Part shown: positions 48,129 to 58,438 of the stretch, piece by piece | Position numbering within the stretch: position 1 is the stretch's first letter | How the letters are laid out: the number at the start of each line of letters is the position of its first letter | Source: an uncultured Methylomirabilota bacterium | Lineage (GTDB): Bacteria > Methylomirabilota > Methylomirabilia > Methylomirabilales > 2-02-FULL-66-22 | Assembly (NCBI GenBank): GCA_963714585.1 | Contig: CAVQPC010000044.1 | Span: forward strand, 20,250-84,249 | Reading direction: 5' to 3' | DNA: 64,000 nt | Notes under the pieces: model-generated | What the model was told of the DNA's origin: nothing | What the model saw: only the letters and a program-made list of their open reading frames with translations | Databases searched by the model: none | Made by a program: the position numbers and the translations under genes

Positions 48129-50368
48129 CTACCGCTGTGCGGGCGATGGCGCCTCGCGCAGGCCGCCGCTCAACCACGCCAGCAGGCGGGCGTGGGCGGT
48201 CGCCTGCCACAGGTAGGCGAGGGCCGTGAGCTTGTCCTCCGCCGTGCCTTCGCGCAAGGACCGCGCGGCCTCGTAGTACAGGGTCGCGAAGATGGGATCG
48301 GTGCCGCCCTGCTTGGCCAGCGCGACGCTCTCGCGCGTGTTCTGCACGGCGAGATCCAGCATGTTGATCAGCGCCTTCTCCATCCCCACTGTTCGATCGT
48401 CCCGGCCTCACCGATGTCGGCACTCAGGGAATAGTACTTGGCGACGAGCGAGGAAGCGGTCGCATACAGCACCATGGAGGGGCCGAGCGTGGCGTAGGGC
48501 GATGCACTGAGAGGGGCTTGATTCAGCGCCAGGTAGGCGGCGTAGGCCAGGGCGTACTCGAGGTCCTGCGCCATGAAGGCCCAGCGGAAAAGCGCCAGGC
48601 TCACGCCGGCCTCTGTCGCCTTGTCCTGCAGGACCACCCCGTCCAGGTAGTTCATCACGGCGTCCGCGCTCGTGCGAAAGAGTTGGGCCGACTTGGCGAG
48701 CGCCGCGGCCGGTGGCGCGGGCGCGCCGCCGAGCCCGAGGCCGACGGCCAGCCGATCCTCGGCGAGGTCGAGCAGCAGATCGGCCACCCGGAGGAAGAAG
48801 CCCGCTTCGTAGAGCTTCTGCCCGATCTGTTCCGCCGCCTTCGCCGGGAGCGCCGGCGCAGCCGGTGCGGCAGCGGGCGCCGTGCCTCCCTCCATCACGA
48901 GGGGCGCGAGCAGCGTCCTGCCACCCCGACCGACGAGGACGTTCAATGGTATTCCGGGCGGCGCGTTGTCGATCCATTGCTGGAACGTGGCGGCGTTCGG
49001 CACGTTCACACCGTTGAGCTGGAGGAGCAGATCACCGGCGCGAAGCCCCGACCGCTCTGCGGGACTCCCCCGGCCCACACCGCTCACCGTCACGCCGTTG
49101 GGGCTGTCCACGATCTGCGCCCCGAACGGGGGCCGGGCAGCCGGCGCGGCTGGCGCCGAGGGCGCCGGGGCCTGGCGATTCTGCTCCCTCACCTGCTTGA
49201 GCAAGACTGTCATTTCCTGTTCTCGTATCTGGCTGAGCAGCAGACTCCCCGCCGCCTGCGTGGCCATGCCGTAGGCCTCCGCCAGCGCTGCGCCGTCTGC
49301 CAGGGTCTGAGGGTTCGTCTGATCGAGTCGCTTGACGAGGGCTTCCAGCTTGGTCGCGGCGGGCTTTCGCAGTGCCTCGAGGTACCGTCGCCCGCCCACC
49401 TCGCCGCCCTCGCGAAGCGCCCGGCCAATGTCCAGCCCGAGCACCACCGACTCCCCCAGCACGGTGGCGGTGACCATCCGGTCGTACGCCACCGCGAACA
49501 GCCCCTGGATGAATGCCTGGACGGCGAGGGCCTGGGCCCGCTCGGCCTGGCCGGCCATCCCCTGGAGGGCCGGGTCGAGCTGGCCGGCCGCCTTGACCTT
49601 CGCCGCGAGGGCCTGATACCGACGCACGAGGGCCTGGGCCCGCTCGCGCACCTTGGCTTGCACGGCGGGGGGGATGTCTGGCTGGGGGTCGCCACTCGGT
49701 TTGGCCAGCGGGAGCGCGCGGCCCGTCAGGGTGGCGTAGGCTTCGGCCAGGTTGCGCACCTCCCGCACCTCGACGCCCCGGGCGCGGCCGCGCTCCACCA
49801 GATCGACCGGCTGCTTGAGCTTCAGATCCATATCGAAGCGCTGGCCGTACGGGATGAGGATCAGCTTCTTCCCTTGCGCCGCCGCCCCATCGATCTTGTG
49901 CGGGATGCCGCCGACCGGGCCGATGGTGCCGTCCGGGTTGATGATCCCGGTCATGGTGGCCTCGGGGCGAACCGTGTCCCCGAGCAGCGCCGCCAGGAGC
50001 GCGGTCGTCATGAGGCCGCCGGCACTCGGCCCGTCGATCCGCCCGGCGACGTCGAAGGAGATCCGATACTCGGACAGATCGACGCCGAGCGTCAGGAAGG
50101 CGAGGACCGAGGCCATCCAGCCTGAGGCCCGCCAGGTGGCCCCGCTGCCCCCGGCCACGCTCTCGTAGAATCCCACCCGCACGCTGTGCCGCGGGTTGGG
50201 CTCCACGCCGACGATCACCGGACTGGTGCCGCCCTGCACCGCGTCCCCCTGCATGGCAAACCAGAGGGCATCGACCCGCACCTCGTGAGGTGCCTGCGCC
50301 GTCGCCGGCGCCGCGAGAGCGGTCAGGCAGAGGACGAGGCCAAAGCCGGACGTGATCAGCCGTCTCAT
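48129..50368 (-). CDS. Exported Lon-like S16 serine protease domain + PDZ domain protein (no AAA+ module); possible frame break near 48389
   Basis: The signal peptide ends ...APATA|QAP. The S16 core reads GRIDGPSAGGLMTTALLAALLGD...TGIINPDGTIGPVGGIPHKIDGAA (Ser-Lys dyad context). The PDZ reads VSGVGRGSPAERSGLRAGDLLLQLNGVNV. The listed ORF ends at 48368. The 86-aa ORF 48129..48389 would continue it (...GTIEQ|VGMEKALINML...) with a 1-nt correction. Confidence 0.75.
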
Positions 50369-50413
50369 TGTGCCCTCCAGGGCCCGAAGTCTGGTGAAAC
50401 CCTGCGCTCCCCC

Positions 50414-51709
50414 CTACTGATTCAGGTCGCGAAGCGGGATCTCCCGATACCGGGGGTAACCCTCTCGCTCGTTGAGCCTGCGGACGGTGTCCGCACTGTA
50501 CGCCAGATCGACGTCATGCCACCGGCCGGTCCGGGTATCCTCCACGATGCGGGTTCCGCGGAACGCTTCGGTCCAGTTCGCGTTCATCCGGTCCTGCGCC
50601 TGATTTCGGTTCTGGGTCGTCTGCCACCAAATGTCCCGTGCCTCGCGGAGGCTCTGGGCCGCCCCTTGCATGCGCTCCTGCAGGACATGACCCGCCGTCT
50701 GCGCAGAGTCCAGGATGCGCACGAGGGTCGGCAGGTGCTGCGCGAAGCACTCGGTCCGGGTATTGCCCATCGATTCGTAGTACAAGTAGGTGCCGTCCAT
50801 CCCCACGGTCCCGAGGATGAGCTGCGCGAGGCCGCGGTGCAGCGCCCGCTCGTACTCGAATTCGACGACGAGCAGGGTGACGCTGCTGAGGCCGGGGGCG
50901 ACCGGCTGAGGCGCCGTCTCAAGAATTCGCGTGAGCTGCATCGCCGGCTTGCCCTGCCGTCGCATCTGCGCCGCAGTCTTTTCCCATTTCGCCCGGAAGA
51001 CCGCGATGGGGTCCGTCGGCTGCGCCACTGTACGGTCCGTGGAGGGGTCAACCCCCGGCAGTAAGCGCGCGATGTACGCCGCCCCCGCCGGGGTGAGTGC
51101 GGTCTCCCAGAGCGCGCTGTACAGGGAACCCTGGGGGCCCTTGGCGCTGACCATGCCCTTGTGGGCTCCGGTGATCTGCCAGCCCGGCGGCAACTGGAGC
51201 TGCCCGCTGCCATCCGGATAGGCGACGGTCTGCCAGGTGTCCGGTGCCGGCGGCGGCGCGCATCCCGCCGCCGCACCTCCCGCTGAACCGGCGCCCAACT
51301 GCAGGAGGCGCGGCAGCGTCTGGGCGATCGTCTGGGGACTGTCGAAGGCGAACCCGACCGTCCCGGTCCCTCCCCGGACGGTAGCAATGGCCACGCCGGC
51401 CAACGGGGCCCGCTGGATGGTCGCCTGGAACCCCACTTCCGCCTGCTGGTCAGCGGCATCCCGGACGCCACCGATGGCCCGAGGGCGGCCATCGAAGAAG
51501 GTCGCCACCTCGGTGAATCCGTATCGCAGGAGCGGGGTCGCGCCGGGGACGCCCTGCCGCTGGGCGATCAGCAGCCCGCCGGACATGTGTGGATCGGTGA
51601 GGAGCTGATAGCCGGGCGGAACTCCCTGCTGAGCAAATCCCGGGTGAGAGATGGCGAGGGCTAGGACGGTAAGAACAAGGAGCAGGAGCACGGTGCCTGT
51701 CCGAGCCAT
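50414..51709 (-). CDS. Exported protein, uncharacterised paralog family, copy 4 of 4
   Basis: ...HPGFA|QQGVPPGYQLLTDPH...GFAFDSPQTIAQTLPRLLQL...YPDGSGQLQLPPGWQITGAHKGMVSAKGPQG...GTRIVEDTRTGRWHDVDLAYSADTVRRLNEREGYPRYREIPLRDLNQ*. Its stop lies 45 nt upstream of the S16-PDZ protease start on the same strand. Confidence 0.8.
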   Translation of the reverse strand: MARTGTVLLLLVLTVLALAISHPGFAQQGVPPGYQLLTDPHMSGGLLIAQRQGVPGATPLLRYGFTEVATFFDGRPRAIGGVRDAADQQAEVGFQATIQRAPLAGVAIATVRGGTGTVGFAFDSPQTIAQTLPRLLQLGAGSAGGAAAGCAPPPAPDTWQTVAYPDGSGQLQLPPGWQITGAHKGMVSAKGPQGSLYSALWETALTPAGAAYIARLLPGVDPSTDRTVAQPTDPIAVFRAKWEKTAAQMRRQGKPAMQLTRILETAPQPVAPGLSSVTLLVVEFEYERALHRGLAQLILGTVGMDGTYLYYESMGNTRTECFAQHLPTLVRILDSAQTAGHVLQERMQGAAQSLREARDIWWQTTQNRNQAQDRMNANWTEAFRGTRIVEDTRTGRWHDVDLAYSADTVRRLNEREGYPRYREIPLRDLNQ

Positions 51710-52337
51710 GGGTCACCTCCGCGGCCGACAGTCATCGGCAAAGGTATGCTTCGAACGGAGACACCCTACCCGGTATGGCCGAAACCTGCGTGTGCCGTCG
51801 TCTGGAACATATAGCACCAAAGGATTTCGGCGGGCAATGAGAAATTTAAAGCCCTCTCGTCGCCGACTCTGAGCCAGGCGCGCTCGGAAAGCAGCCTGCG
51901 CTGACCTCACGGGTCTCGCCACCTGCAGCGGCTACGCGGCCCGCGTTCCCCCGCCGGCGCTTCCAAGCAACAACCGTAGGAAGCGCGAGGAAATCGCGTG
52001 GGAGCAGCTTCCTGCCCGCGCGAGAAACGCGGCGCTTCGAGCCGGTAGCGTGAGCCGAGTCCGCGAGGCGACTCCACGGTCTGTGGGGAGGATCGCGATC
52101 AGCGTCGGCGGGACGTTGGCGCGAGAGGCAAGACCCGGGGGCCTCCTGGTGGTGTCCCGAACCATTTGGAAGCTAACCCAGGGTGCGTCTGGGGAGCCTG
52201 CCCTCTGAGTTCGACCTCCTTCACTGAGCGCGCAACGAGCTCGTCCGATGCGAAGTCGGCGAGGTGGCCGTAGGCGTTTCGATAGGCGCCGTGCAACCGT
52301 TTATCGAGTTTCCCCCCTGATCTTAAAGTCCCTGCGC

Positions 52338-52724
52338 TTAGAATAAGGGCAGCCTTGAACTTGTCCCTTGATGCTGGTAGTTCGGATTCCGCTCGAAGGT
52401 GACGCGGGCGCCCGCCTGCTGGCTCGTGAGCATGAGCCGGTACCCGCGCGGGCCACCGCATCCCCCCGGCGGGGCTCCGCCCCGCCCGCTGAGGCACCGT
52501 GGCTGGCGGTCCTCGGGCGCGCCTCCTGCAAGATCAAGCACCCAGATCTCCCACTCCCACAAGTCCAGCGTATCAGCGAGGTAGCGGAATTTCTCATGAG
52601 GATGGAGTTGAAACTCGCTGGGGTGCTGGAATCGTGGCTGGTGGCGGGACTTGGTGTACTCTTGGCCGTGAATCCGGAAGGAATATCCGTGGTCCAGATT
52701 CCACCCCAGGGGAGCTGAGACCAT
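52338..52724 (-). pseudogene. pRiA4b ORF-3-like (PF07929-type) domain remnant, N-terminally truncated and frame-disrupted
   Basis: ...APLGWNLDHGYSFRIHGQEY...FRYLADTLDLWEWEIWVLDL...GGAPPGGCGGPRGY... resembles GW...HL..F.I.G..Y / YDFGD.WEHEI / CPPEDCGG..GY. The likely continuation lies in another frame (52099..52497). Confidence 0.35.
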
Positions 52725-54258
52725 GGTGCCACGCAGGGCTGGGGGCCGGCGTCATGGCTGGGCGGATCAGGCGGTCGGTTTTTCTTGGCTCGTAGTGTCC
52801 GGTGCGGAGCAGGCTTCCAAGCACACGCCACGCAGCCCGGGTGGCCAGCAGCCAGTACCGGTGGCACCGAAAAGTGCTGAGGAACCACTCCGTGCACCCC
52901 TTGCGGCGGAGGTCCACCGCATGCGGAAAACACGGAATGAGGTCCTGAAGCGCTGCGTGCGTGCTGACCCCGCCGACCCAGATGCTCAGGAAGAGCGAGA
53001 GAGTCGGCAGTGCTATTGAAAACACAAACAGGGTCCGCGCCTCCGGGTAGAAACGCCACAGTTGTCCGCAGAGGAGGCCGGCCACCGGGTAGAGAAGGGC
53101 GGCAATGGGCCACTCGACGGCCTTGTTGCCTGCATGGCGGATAAGCTGGACCAGATTGAAGGGGGACGGGTCCTTCTGCCAAGCTCGCCAGAGGTGGACG
53201 GTGTCATCGAGCACCCCCTTGTACCACCGCGCATTCTGCTGGATCACCTTCTCTGGGGTCTCGGGGAGCTCGCAGAGCTCCACCATGGGCATCGGTTGGA
53301 TCAGGATGCCATGGAGGCCCAGGGTGTATCCCAGCGTGGAGTCCTCGGTTGCCCCCGTCACCGGGAATCCACCCACCAATTGCAGGGTATCGAGCCGCAC
53401 GAACTGGTTGTGCCCGAGGAGAATGTGCGAGCGGCGGAGCATCGCGTTGAGCACCGGTCGCAGCGCCGAACCGGCTCCCGGAAAACGAGCACAGAGTCGG
53501 GAGAGGAGGCGCATCCGCGCCAGCTCGCTCAGGAGGCGGGGGATGGAAATGCGGAGGAAGATCGACGACTGCTGGACGGCGGAGATCTTTCCCAGGCGGT
53601 CAAGCGTCGCGTAGTTCGCCAAGGAGAGGCTGACCCCCTGATACGCGCACATGCCCTGGCCGGTCAGCTCCCGATGCGCGATCCACCGGAAGGTGTCGGG
53701 GTGGGGCCGCGAATCGGCGTCGCTCACGCCGACGAAGACGCATGCCGGATCCACCCCGTCACCGAGGATCTCGCGGAGCGTTTCGGGACGAAGCGCCCAG
53801 TTGAGTTGATGCGCCTTCCGACCGGGCCCCGGCATGGTGAGGATGTGCAACTGTTCTTGCTGGGGACGCGGGAGAGTGTCTCTCAGCCGGCGGACCACCT
53901 CGGCGGTGCTCACCTCCATGGAGGGGTGAGGGGCCCGCTCCTCGTCCTCCTTGGTGATCACCACGACGTGGAGCTTCGCCCGCGCATACCGGGAGGCGAG
54001 CAGGGCCCTCACGGTTCCAGCGATTCCCGGTTCCTGATAGGCCGCGACGAGGTGCAGGAAGATAGGGGCGCGAGGCTGCCCTACGAGGTCCCCCTCACTC
54101 GGTAACTCGCCAAGCTGTCTGCAGGATTCCCGCACGAAGTTGACAGCGGATCGCATCCGTATCCAATCGGCCAAGAGCTTCCCGATCGCCCGGATGCTGA
54201 CGCACATCAAGAACCAGACGATGAAGATCGCAAGGCTTTCCATCGGCGCTCCGTGCAC
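52594..54258 (-). CDS. Membrane glycosyltransferase family 2 (processive type, QxxRW motif)
   Basis: An N-terminal TM segment is followed by ...HVVVITKEDEE... and ...VGVSDADSRPHPDTF... (DxD context). ...VIQQNARWYKG... supplies the Q..RW motif, followed by C-terminal TM segments. The last ~60 aa (Pro/Ser-rich) may be read-through. Confidence 0.8.
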   Translation of the reverse strand: MHGAPMESLAIFIVWFLMCVSIRAIGKLLADWIRMRSAVNFVRESCRQLGELPSEGDLVGQPRAPIFLHLVAAYQEPGIAGTVRALLASRYARAKLHVVVITKEDEERAPHPSMEVSTAEVVRRLRDTLPRPQQEQLHILTMPGPGRKAHQLNWALRPETLREILGDGVDPACVFVGVSDADSRPHPDTFRWIAHRELTGQGMCAYQGVSLSLANYATLDRLGKISAVQQSSIFLRISIPRLLSELARMRLLSRLCARFPGAGSALRPVLNAMLRRSHILLGHNQFVRLDTLQLVGGFPVTGATEDSTLGYTLGLHGILIQPMPMVELCELPETPEKVIQQNARWYKGVLDDTVHLWRAWQKDPSPFNLVQLIRHAGNKAVEWPIAALLYPVAGLLCGQLWRFYPEARTLFVFSIALPTLSLFLSIWVGGVSTHAALQDLIPCFPHAVDLRRKGCTEWFLSTFRCHRYWLLATRAAWRVLGSLLRTGHYEPRKTDRLIRPAMTPAPSPAWHHGLSSPGVESGPRIFLPDSRPRVHQVPPPATIPAPQRVSTPSS

Positions 54259-54487
54259 TGACTGTCTTTCTGGGGTGAATCTTAAGTCCCTACAAGGGGA
54301 CGTGAACTTTCACAGCAATTCCCGCAACACCTGACGGCGAAGCGCATCCGGCCATTTGGCCCCCCAATCTTGGCTTGCTCAGAAAGTCAAGCGTGAGGGC
54401 TTGCTCCTTCGAAAATCAGGCCTCCATCTCCCGAGCTACATCGCAGCGTCTCGGCCATTCAGGTCTTGACGTACGGCACGAGGAGGG

Positions 54488-55426
54488 CTACAGACCGGCT
54501 CGCCAGAGCTCCTGGGCTCGGCGCACCACCTGCCGCGAAGGAGACGGTCCTTCTACCGCCCTGACGATCCCGTCTACCTGCTCGGGGCGGTTGAGGCCGA
54601 CGACAAGGCTGGCCACGACCGGCTCAGCCAAGGCGAAGCGGATCGCAAACGCCGTCATGGATTCGCCGATCTCGTCGCGGAAGGCTTCCGCGATTTCCCG
54701 TCGCCTGGCAAGGGCGGGCGCATGCTCCGGGTCTGTAAAGCGATCGCCGTCCCGCGGCGTCGCGCGTTCGTCCGTCAGGATCCCCTCGTACAGCGGACGA
54801 ATCGCAATGAATCCCATTTTTCGCCGTTCCAGGTCACCGAAGAGGTCTGCCATTTCCATTTCAGCGAGGTTGTAGTAGGCGATCAGCCCAGCAAACTTGC
54901 CCGTCTGGACCGCCGCCTGCGCGGTCGCGACGGTATAGGGGAAAGTCATCAGATAGCCGACTTTCCCTTCGTCGCACATCTTCTCGAAGACCGCGACCAC
55001 ATCGTCAAGGATGCGTCCCAGCAGCGGGAGCCGTCGCTCGTCGTTGTTGGGATCGGAGCGCCACATCCATTGCAGCACGGCAATGCGATCTGCATGAAGC
55101 TCGCGCAGCGCCTCCTCGATGCGCAGGCGGAACTTCGCCTGGTCGAACCGATCGCCATCCGTGAAGTCCGGCACGGGGACCTTGATGACGTGGTGGAGGT
55201 CGGCACGCTTCGGATGATCCTTCAACACTCGGCCCATCATCCAGCGCGTGCCGTACTCATAGCTGGAGTGGAGGAAGTTCACACCGAGGTCGAGTGCGCT
55301 GCGCAGGGCGCGTTCGCCGGCGCTGGATTTCTCGTCGGTACCCGGCTCCTTCGCCGCCGCCCTCATCGGTCCAAGACAAATCACCGATACATCCAGGTCC
55401 GTCCCGCCGAGTCTGCGATACTTCAT
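54488..55426 (-). CDS. Aldo/keto reductase family oxidoreductase
   Basis: The internal ATG at 55426 gives MKYRRLGGTDLDVSVICLGPMRAAA...ALDLGVNFLHSSYEYG...ADLHHVIK...LQWMW..., a typical AKR N-terminus and layout. Confidence 0.85.
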   Translation of the reverse strand: MKYRRLGGTDLDVSVICLGPMRAAAKEPGTDEKSSAGERALRSALDLGVNFLHSSYEYGTRWMMGRVLKDHPKRADLHHVIKVPVPDFTDGDRFDQAKFRLRIEEALRELHADRIAVLQWMWRSDPNNDERRLPLLGRILDDVVAVFEKMCDEGKVGYLMTFPYTVATAQAAVQTGKFAGLIAYYNLAEMEMADLFGDLERRKMGFIAIRPLYEGILTDERATPRDGDRFTDPEHAPALARRREIAEAFRDEIGESMTAFAIRFALAEPVVASLVVGLNRPEQVDGIVRAVEGPSPSRQVVRRAQELWRAGL

Positions 55427-56071
55427 GGTTGTTCGCCCCCGAAAGGCTGATTGGAATCTGATCTCACGGACAGAGCGGCGATTTCTGCGGGCCGCGTCCA
55501 CGGCCTCAACACCTCGTCCGGTCCCCCTGGGTCCGGACTCCGGTAGCGGAATGTACGACGGCTCACATGGCAAGGTCAAGCAGTAATGGTGCAAGACTCC
55601 GGGTTAAGGAGCCCCGCAAGCGCGTCCCGGACGCCCGCAAACGCCACAAGACCCGCCGACAGATGCCTCCAGGCTCAGAAGTGCGGTGAATACACGCCGG
55701 GAAATGGACGACGCGCGTTGGATGCACCTCAATCATTATTAAGGGGAAAGTGCGGAGATTGCGTCGCGGTGCCGGGGGAGCGGCACCCACATTGTGTGCA
55801 TGGTGGCGATTGGGCAGACTTGTTAGCCTGGAAGGAAGAGCTTCCGCTGTGCTTCTGATGAGCTAGCTCTGAATTCCACTTCAGGATCTCGATTGACACC
55901 CTTGTCCAGATTACGCCGTGAAGGATACCTGACAGATTTCTTTGGACCACAGGGGGCATGCTGCAAGGATCGATCTCCATGCGGGCCTCCTTGGCGGTGC
56001 GTATTCGAGGGCTTCCCCGATAGTAGCAGGAGCCGGGGAGCGGACGCGGATCGCCCGTGCGCGAGGCCCCC

Positions 56072-56335
56072 TCAGTGCGTGGCCGGCAGGCTCCCGAGCG
56101 TGTGCAGCAGCGGCTGTAACGCCTTGAGGGCCAGGAGGCCGACGGCGTCGATCGCCAGGTGGGCTGCGATGGCCGGCCAGAGGCTCTTGCGCCAGACCGT
56201 CAGCGCCCCCAGCGCGATGCCGGCCCCTGTTGTTTGAAGGACGCCCAGCACGCCCTGGTAGCCGTGGCCGGCGCCGAAGCAGAGCGCCGTGAGCCCCACG
56301 GCGAGCTCGTCGCGTCGACGGGCGCAGAAGCGCAC
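56072..56335 (-). pseudogene. CPBP-family intramembrane protease, C-terminal fragment
   Basis: ...LTALCFGAGHGYQGVLGVLQTTGAGIALGALTVWRKSLWPAIAAHLAIDAVGLL retains the F...H and H...D/N motifs. The N-terminal EExxxR motif region is absent. Confidence 0.5.
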
Positions 56336-56367
56336 CCGGACCGCTCTTGCCTCAGCGGCTCCCAGGG

Positions 56368-56878
56368 CTAGCGTGTCCGGTCGTCCTCAAGCAACTTCTC
56401 CATGACCAGCACATCCACCCATCGCCCGTCGAGCTGGCCCTGTTCGCGGTAGACGCTGACCGTCGTAAAGCCAAGCCGCTGGTAGAGGGTCAGGCCGGCA
56501 GCGTTGAAGGGAAAGGTGGCCAGAACCATCTTGTGGTAGCCCAGGTCCCGCGCCAGCGCCATGAGTCGCTCCAGCAACTGGCGCCCGACCCCGCCCGCGC
56601 CAGTCACGGCGCACATACAGCGAGAAGTCGGCCACGAAGTCGTAGGCGGGGCGGGGGGTGAACGGGTTGAGGCTGCCGCAACCGACTATCTGGCCGTCGT
56701 GCTCCGCCACGATCACCGGGTGGCGCGGCCCTCGCATCACCAACCACTGGCGGCGCTCTGCCGGCGAGCGGAGGTCCGTCTCCAGGATGGCGATGCGGTC
56801 CTCGATGCCTTGATTGTAGATGGTACAGACAGCCTCGGCGTCATCGGGTCGGGCGAGGCGGATCGAGATGTCGGCCAT
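56368..56878 (-). CDS. GNAT N-acetyltransferase (phosphinothricin-acetyltransferase-like), frame break near 56590
   Basis: MADISIRLARPDDAEAVCTIYNQGIEDRIAILETDLRSPAERRQWL...VAEHDGQIVGCGSLNPFTPRPAYDFVADFSLYVRRDWRGRG joins VGRQLLERLMALARDLGYHKMVLATFPFNAAGLTLYQRLGFTTVSVYREQGQLDGRWVDVLVMEKLL. The break sits in a C-run (56589-56592). Confidence 0.75.
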
Positions 56879-57167
56879 GGGCGCTCCTCCAGCCCTCACC
56901 TATACGCCGCCGCGGCCGCTGGGAAAAATGAATTGCAGAATGCTGACGATAGGGAATATTTTGGGATCGATGCGTGTCAACCTCCTCCCTGTCCGCGCCC
57001 TGCAGGCGGGGCGACGCCGCAGGTCGCCATGGACCTCGGCTATGCGGAAGCCATCATCAAGCCGGGGGGCGCTGGTCAGGGGCTCTCAATCGGCCCGGCG
57101 ATGGCCGCAAAGGACGAGATGCGGCTGTCCAACCCGCGCCGTGCGTATCTCCTGTGGGTGGCTGACC

Positions 57168-58061
57168 ATGCGCGACGCCAAGTACGTTCTGGGGCCCATG
57201 CGGCTCCCGTTTCTGGTGCTCACCCCGGCCTGTGTCCTCGTGGGGATCGGGGCCGCGCTTCGCACCTCCGGCAGGGTGAACGCTCTGGAGGTGATCCTGG
57301 TCCTCGTTGGAGGCGTGGCGGCCCACACCAGCGTCAATGCCTTCAACGAGTACTGCGACTTCCGGAGCGGCCTGGACGCTCGCACCGTGCGCACGCCCTT
57401 CAGCGGCGGGAGCGGCACTCTGCCCGCGAAGCCCGAAATGGCGGGGTGGGCGTTGCTGACTGCCGGACTGGCCTTGGGGGTCACGGCGGGGATCGGCGTG
57501 TACTTTGTCCTGCTCCGCGGGCTCGGGCTCCTACCCGTGGGGCTCCTCGGATTACTCGTCATTGTGGCGTATACGCCCTGGCTCACGCATCACCCGGTCC
57601 TGTGCCTCCTGGCCCCCGGCGTGGGCTTCGGGCCCTTCATGGTCCTGGGAACGCAGTTCGCCCTCACCGGAGGGTATTCGTGGAGCGCCTTCGTGGCCTC
57701 GCTGGTGCCCTTCTTCCTGGTCAGCAACTTGCTCCTGTTGAATCAGTTCCCGGACGTCGACCCCGACCGGAGCGTGGGGCGCCGGCATGTACTGATTGTC
57801 CTGGGGTCCCGCGGGGGCAGCCTGATCTACGGCCTCTTTCTCCTCTTGACCTACCTGGCGATCCTCGGTGGCGTCGCCTGGAGGTATTTGCCCGCAATGT
57901 GCTATCTCGGGCTCACCACCCTCGGCCTCGCCCTTCCCGCGGCGATCGGCGCATTCCGGCATGCCGAGACGATCGAGAAGCTGATCCCGTACCTGGCATT
58001 GAACGTGATCCTCACGCTTGCCACGCCGGTATTGGTCGCCATTGGACTCTTTATTGGATAA
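57168..58061 (+). CDS. UbiA-family prenyltransferase
   Basis: The in-frame ATG at 57168 gives MRDAKYVLGPMRLPFLVLTPACVLVG...AAHTSVNAFNEYCDFRSGLD... (NxxxDxxxD motif). About 8 TM segments follow. Confidence 0.8.
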   Translation: MRDAKYVLGPMRLPFLVLTPACVLVGIGAALRTSGRVNALEVILVLVGGVAAHTSVNAFNEYCDFRSGLDARTVRTPFSGGSGTLPAKPEMAGWALLTAGLALGVTAGIGVYFVLLRGLGLLPVGLLGLLVIVAYTPWLTHHPVLCLLAPGVGFGPFMVLGTQFALTGGYSWSAFVASLVPFFLVSNLLLLNQFPDVDPDRSVGRRHVLIVLGSRGGSLIYGLFLLLTYLAILGGVAWRYLPAMCYLGLTTLGLALPAAIGAFRHAETIEKLIPYLALNVILTLATPVLVAIGLFIG

Positions 58062-58438
58062 CGATGGGGCGTGCTCTTGGCGGAAGGTCAGTGCCTGAGA
58101 TACTCCATGTAAGGCCAAGATACCAGAAGGGGGATGTTTGACGGAAGGCGGGCTTGACCCGGAATACGCGTTGGTCATGGCGGACGTCCCCTGTTCGCAG
58201 GCAGAGGGCTCTGGGCCACCACAGACTGGGCCGAAAGAAAGGGGTTGCCGCCAGCGCGGGGGAGGCGATAAAACTATATGCCGACAGTCCCCACGAGGAC
58301 TCCGGCGTAGGATGGAGGCTGCCGACCCGCCGACGCTCCCGGTCAGCCGCCGCCTTGAAATGCCCTCCCAAAATGATGGGGCGAGGCGGCCGGCGCGGAC
58401 ATTACGGCCCGCAGCCTCTCCACGAAAGCGAGGCGTCA

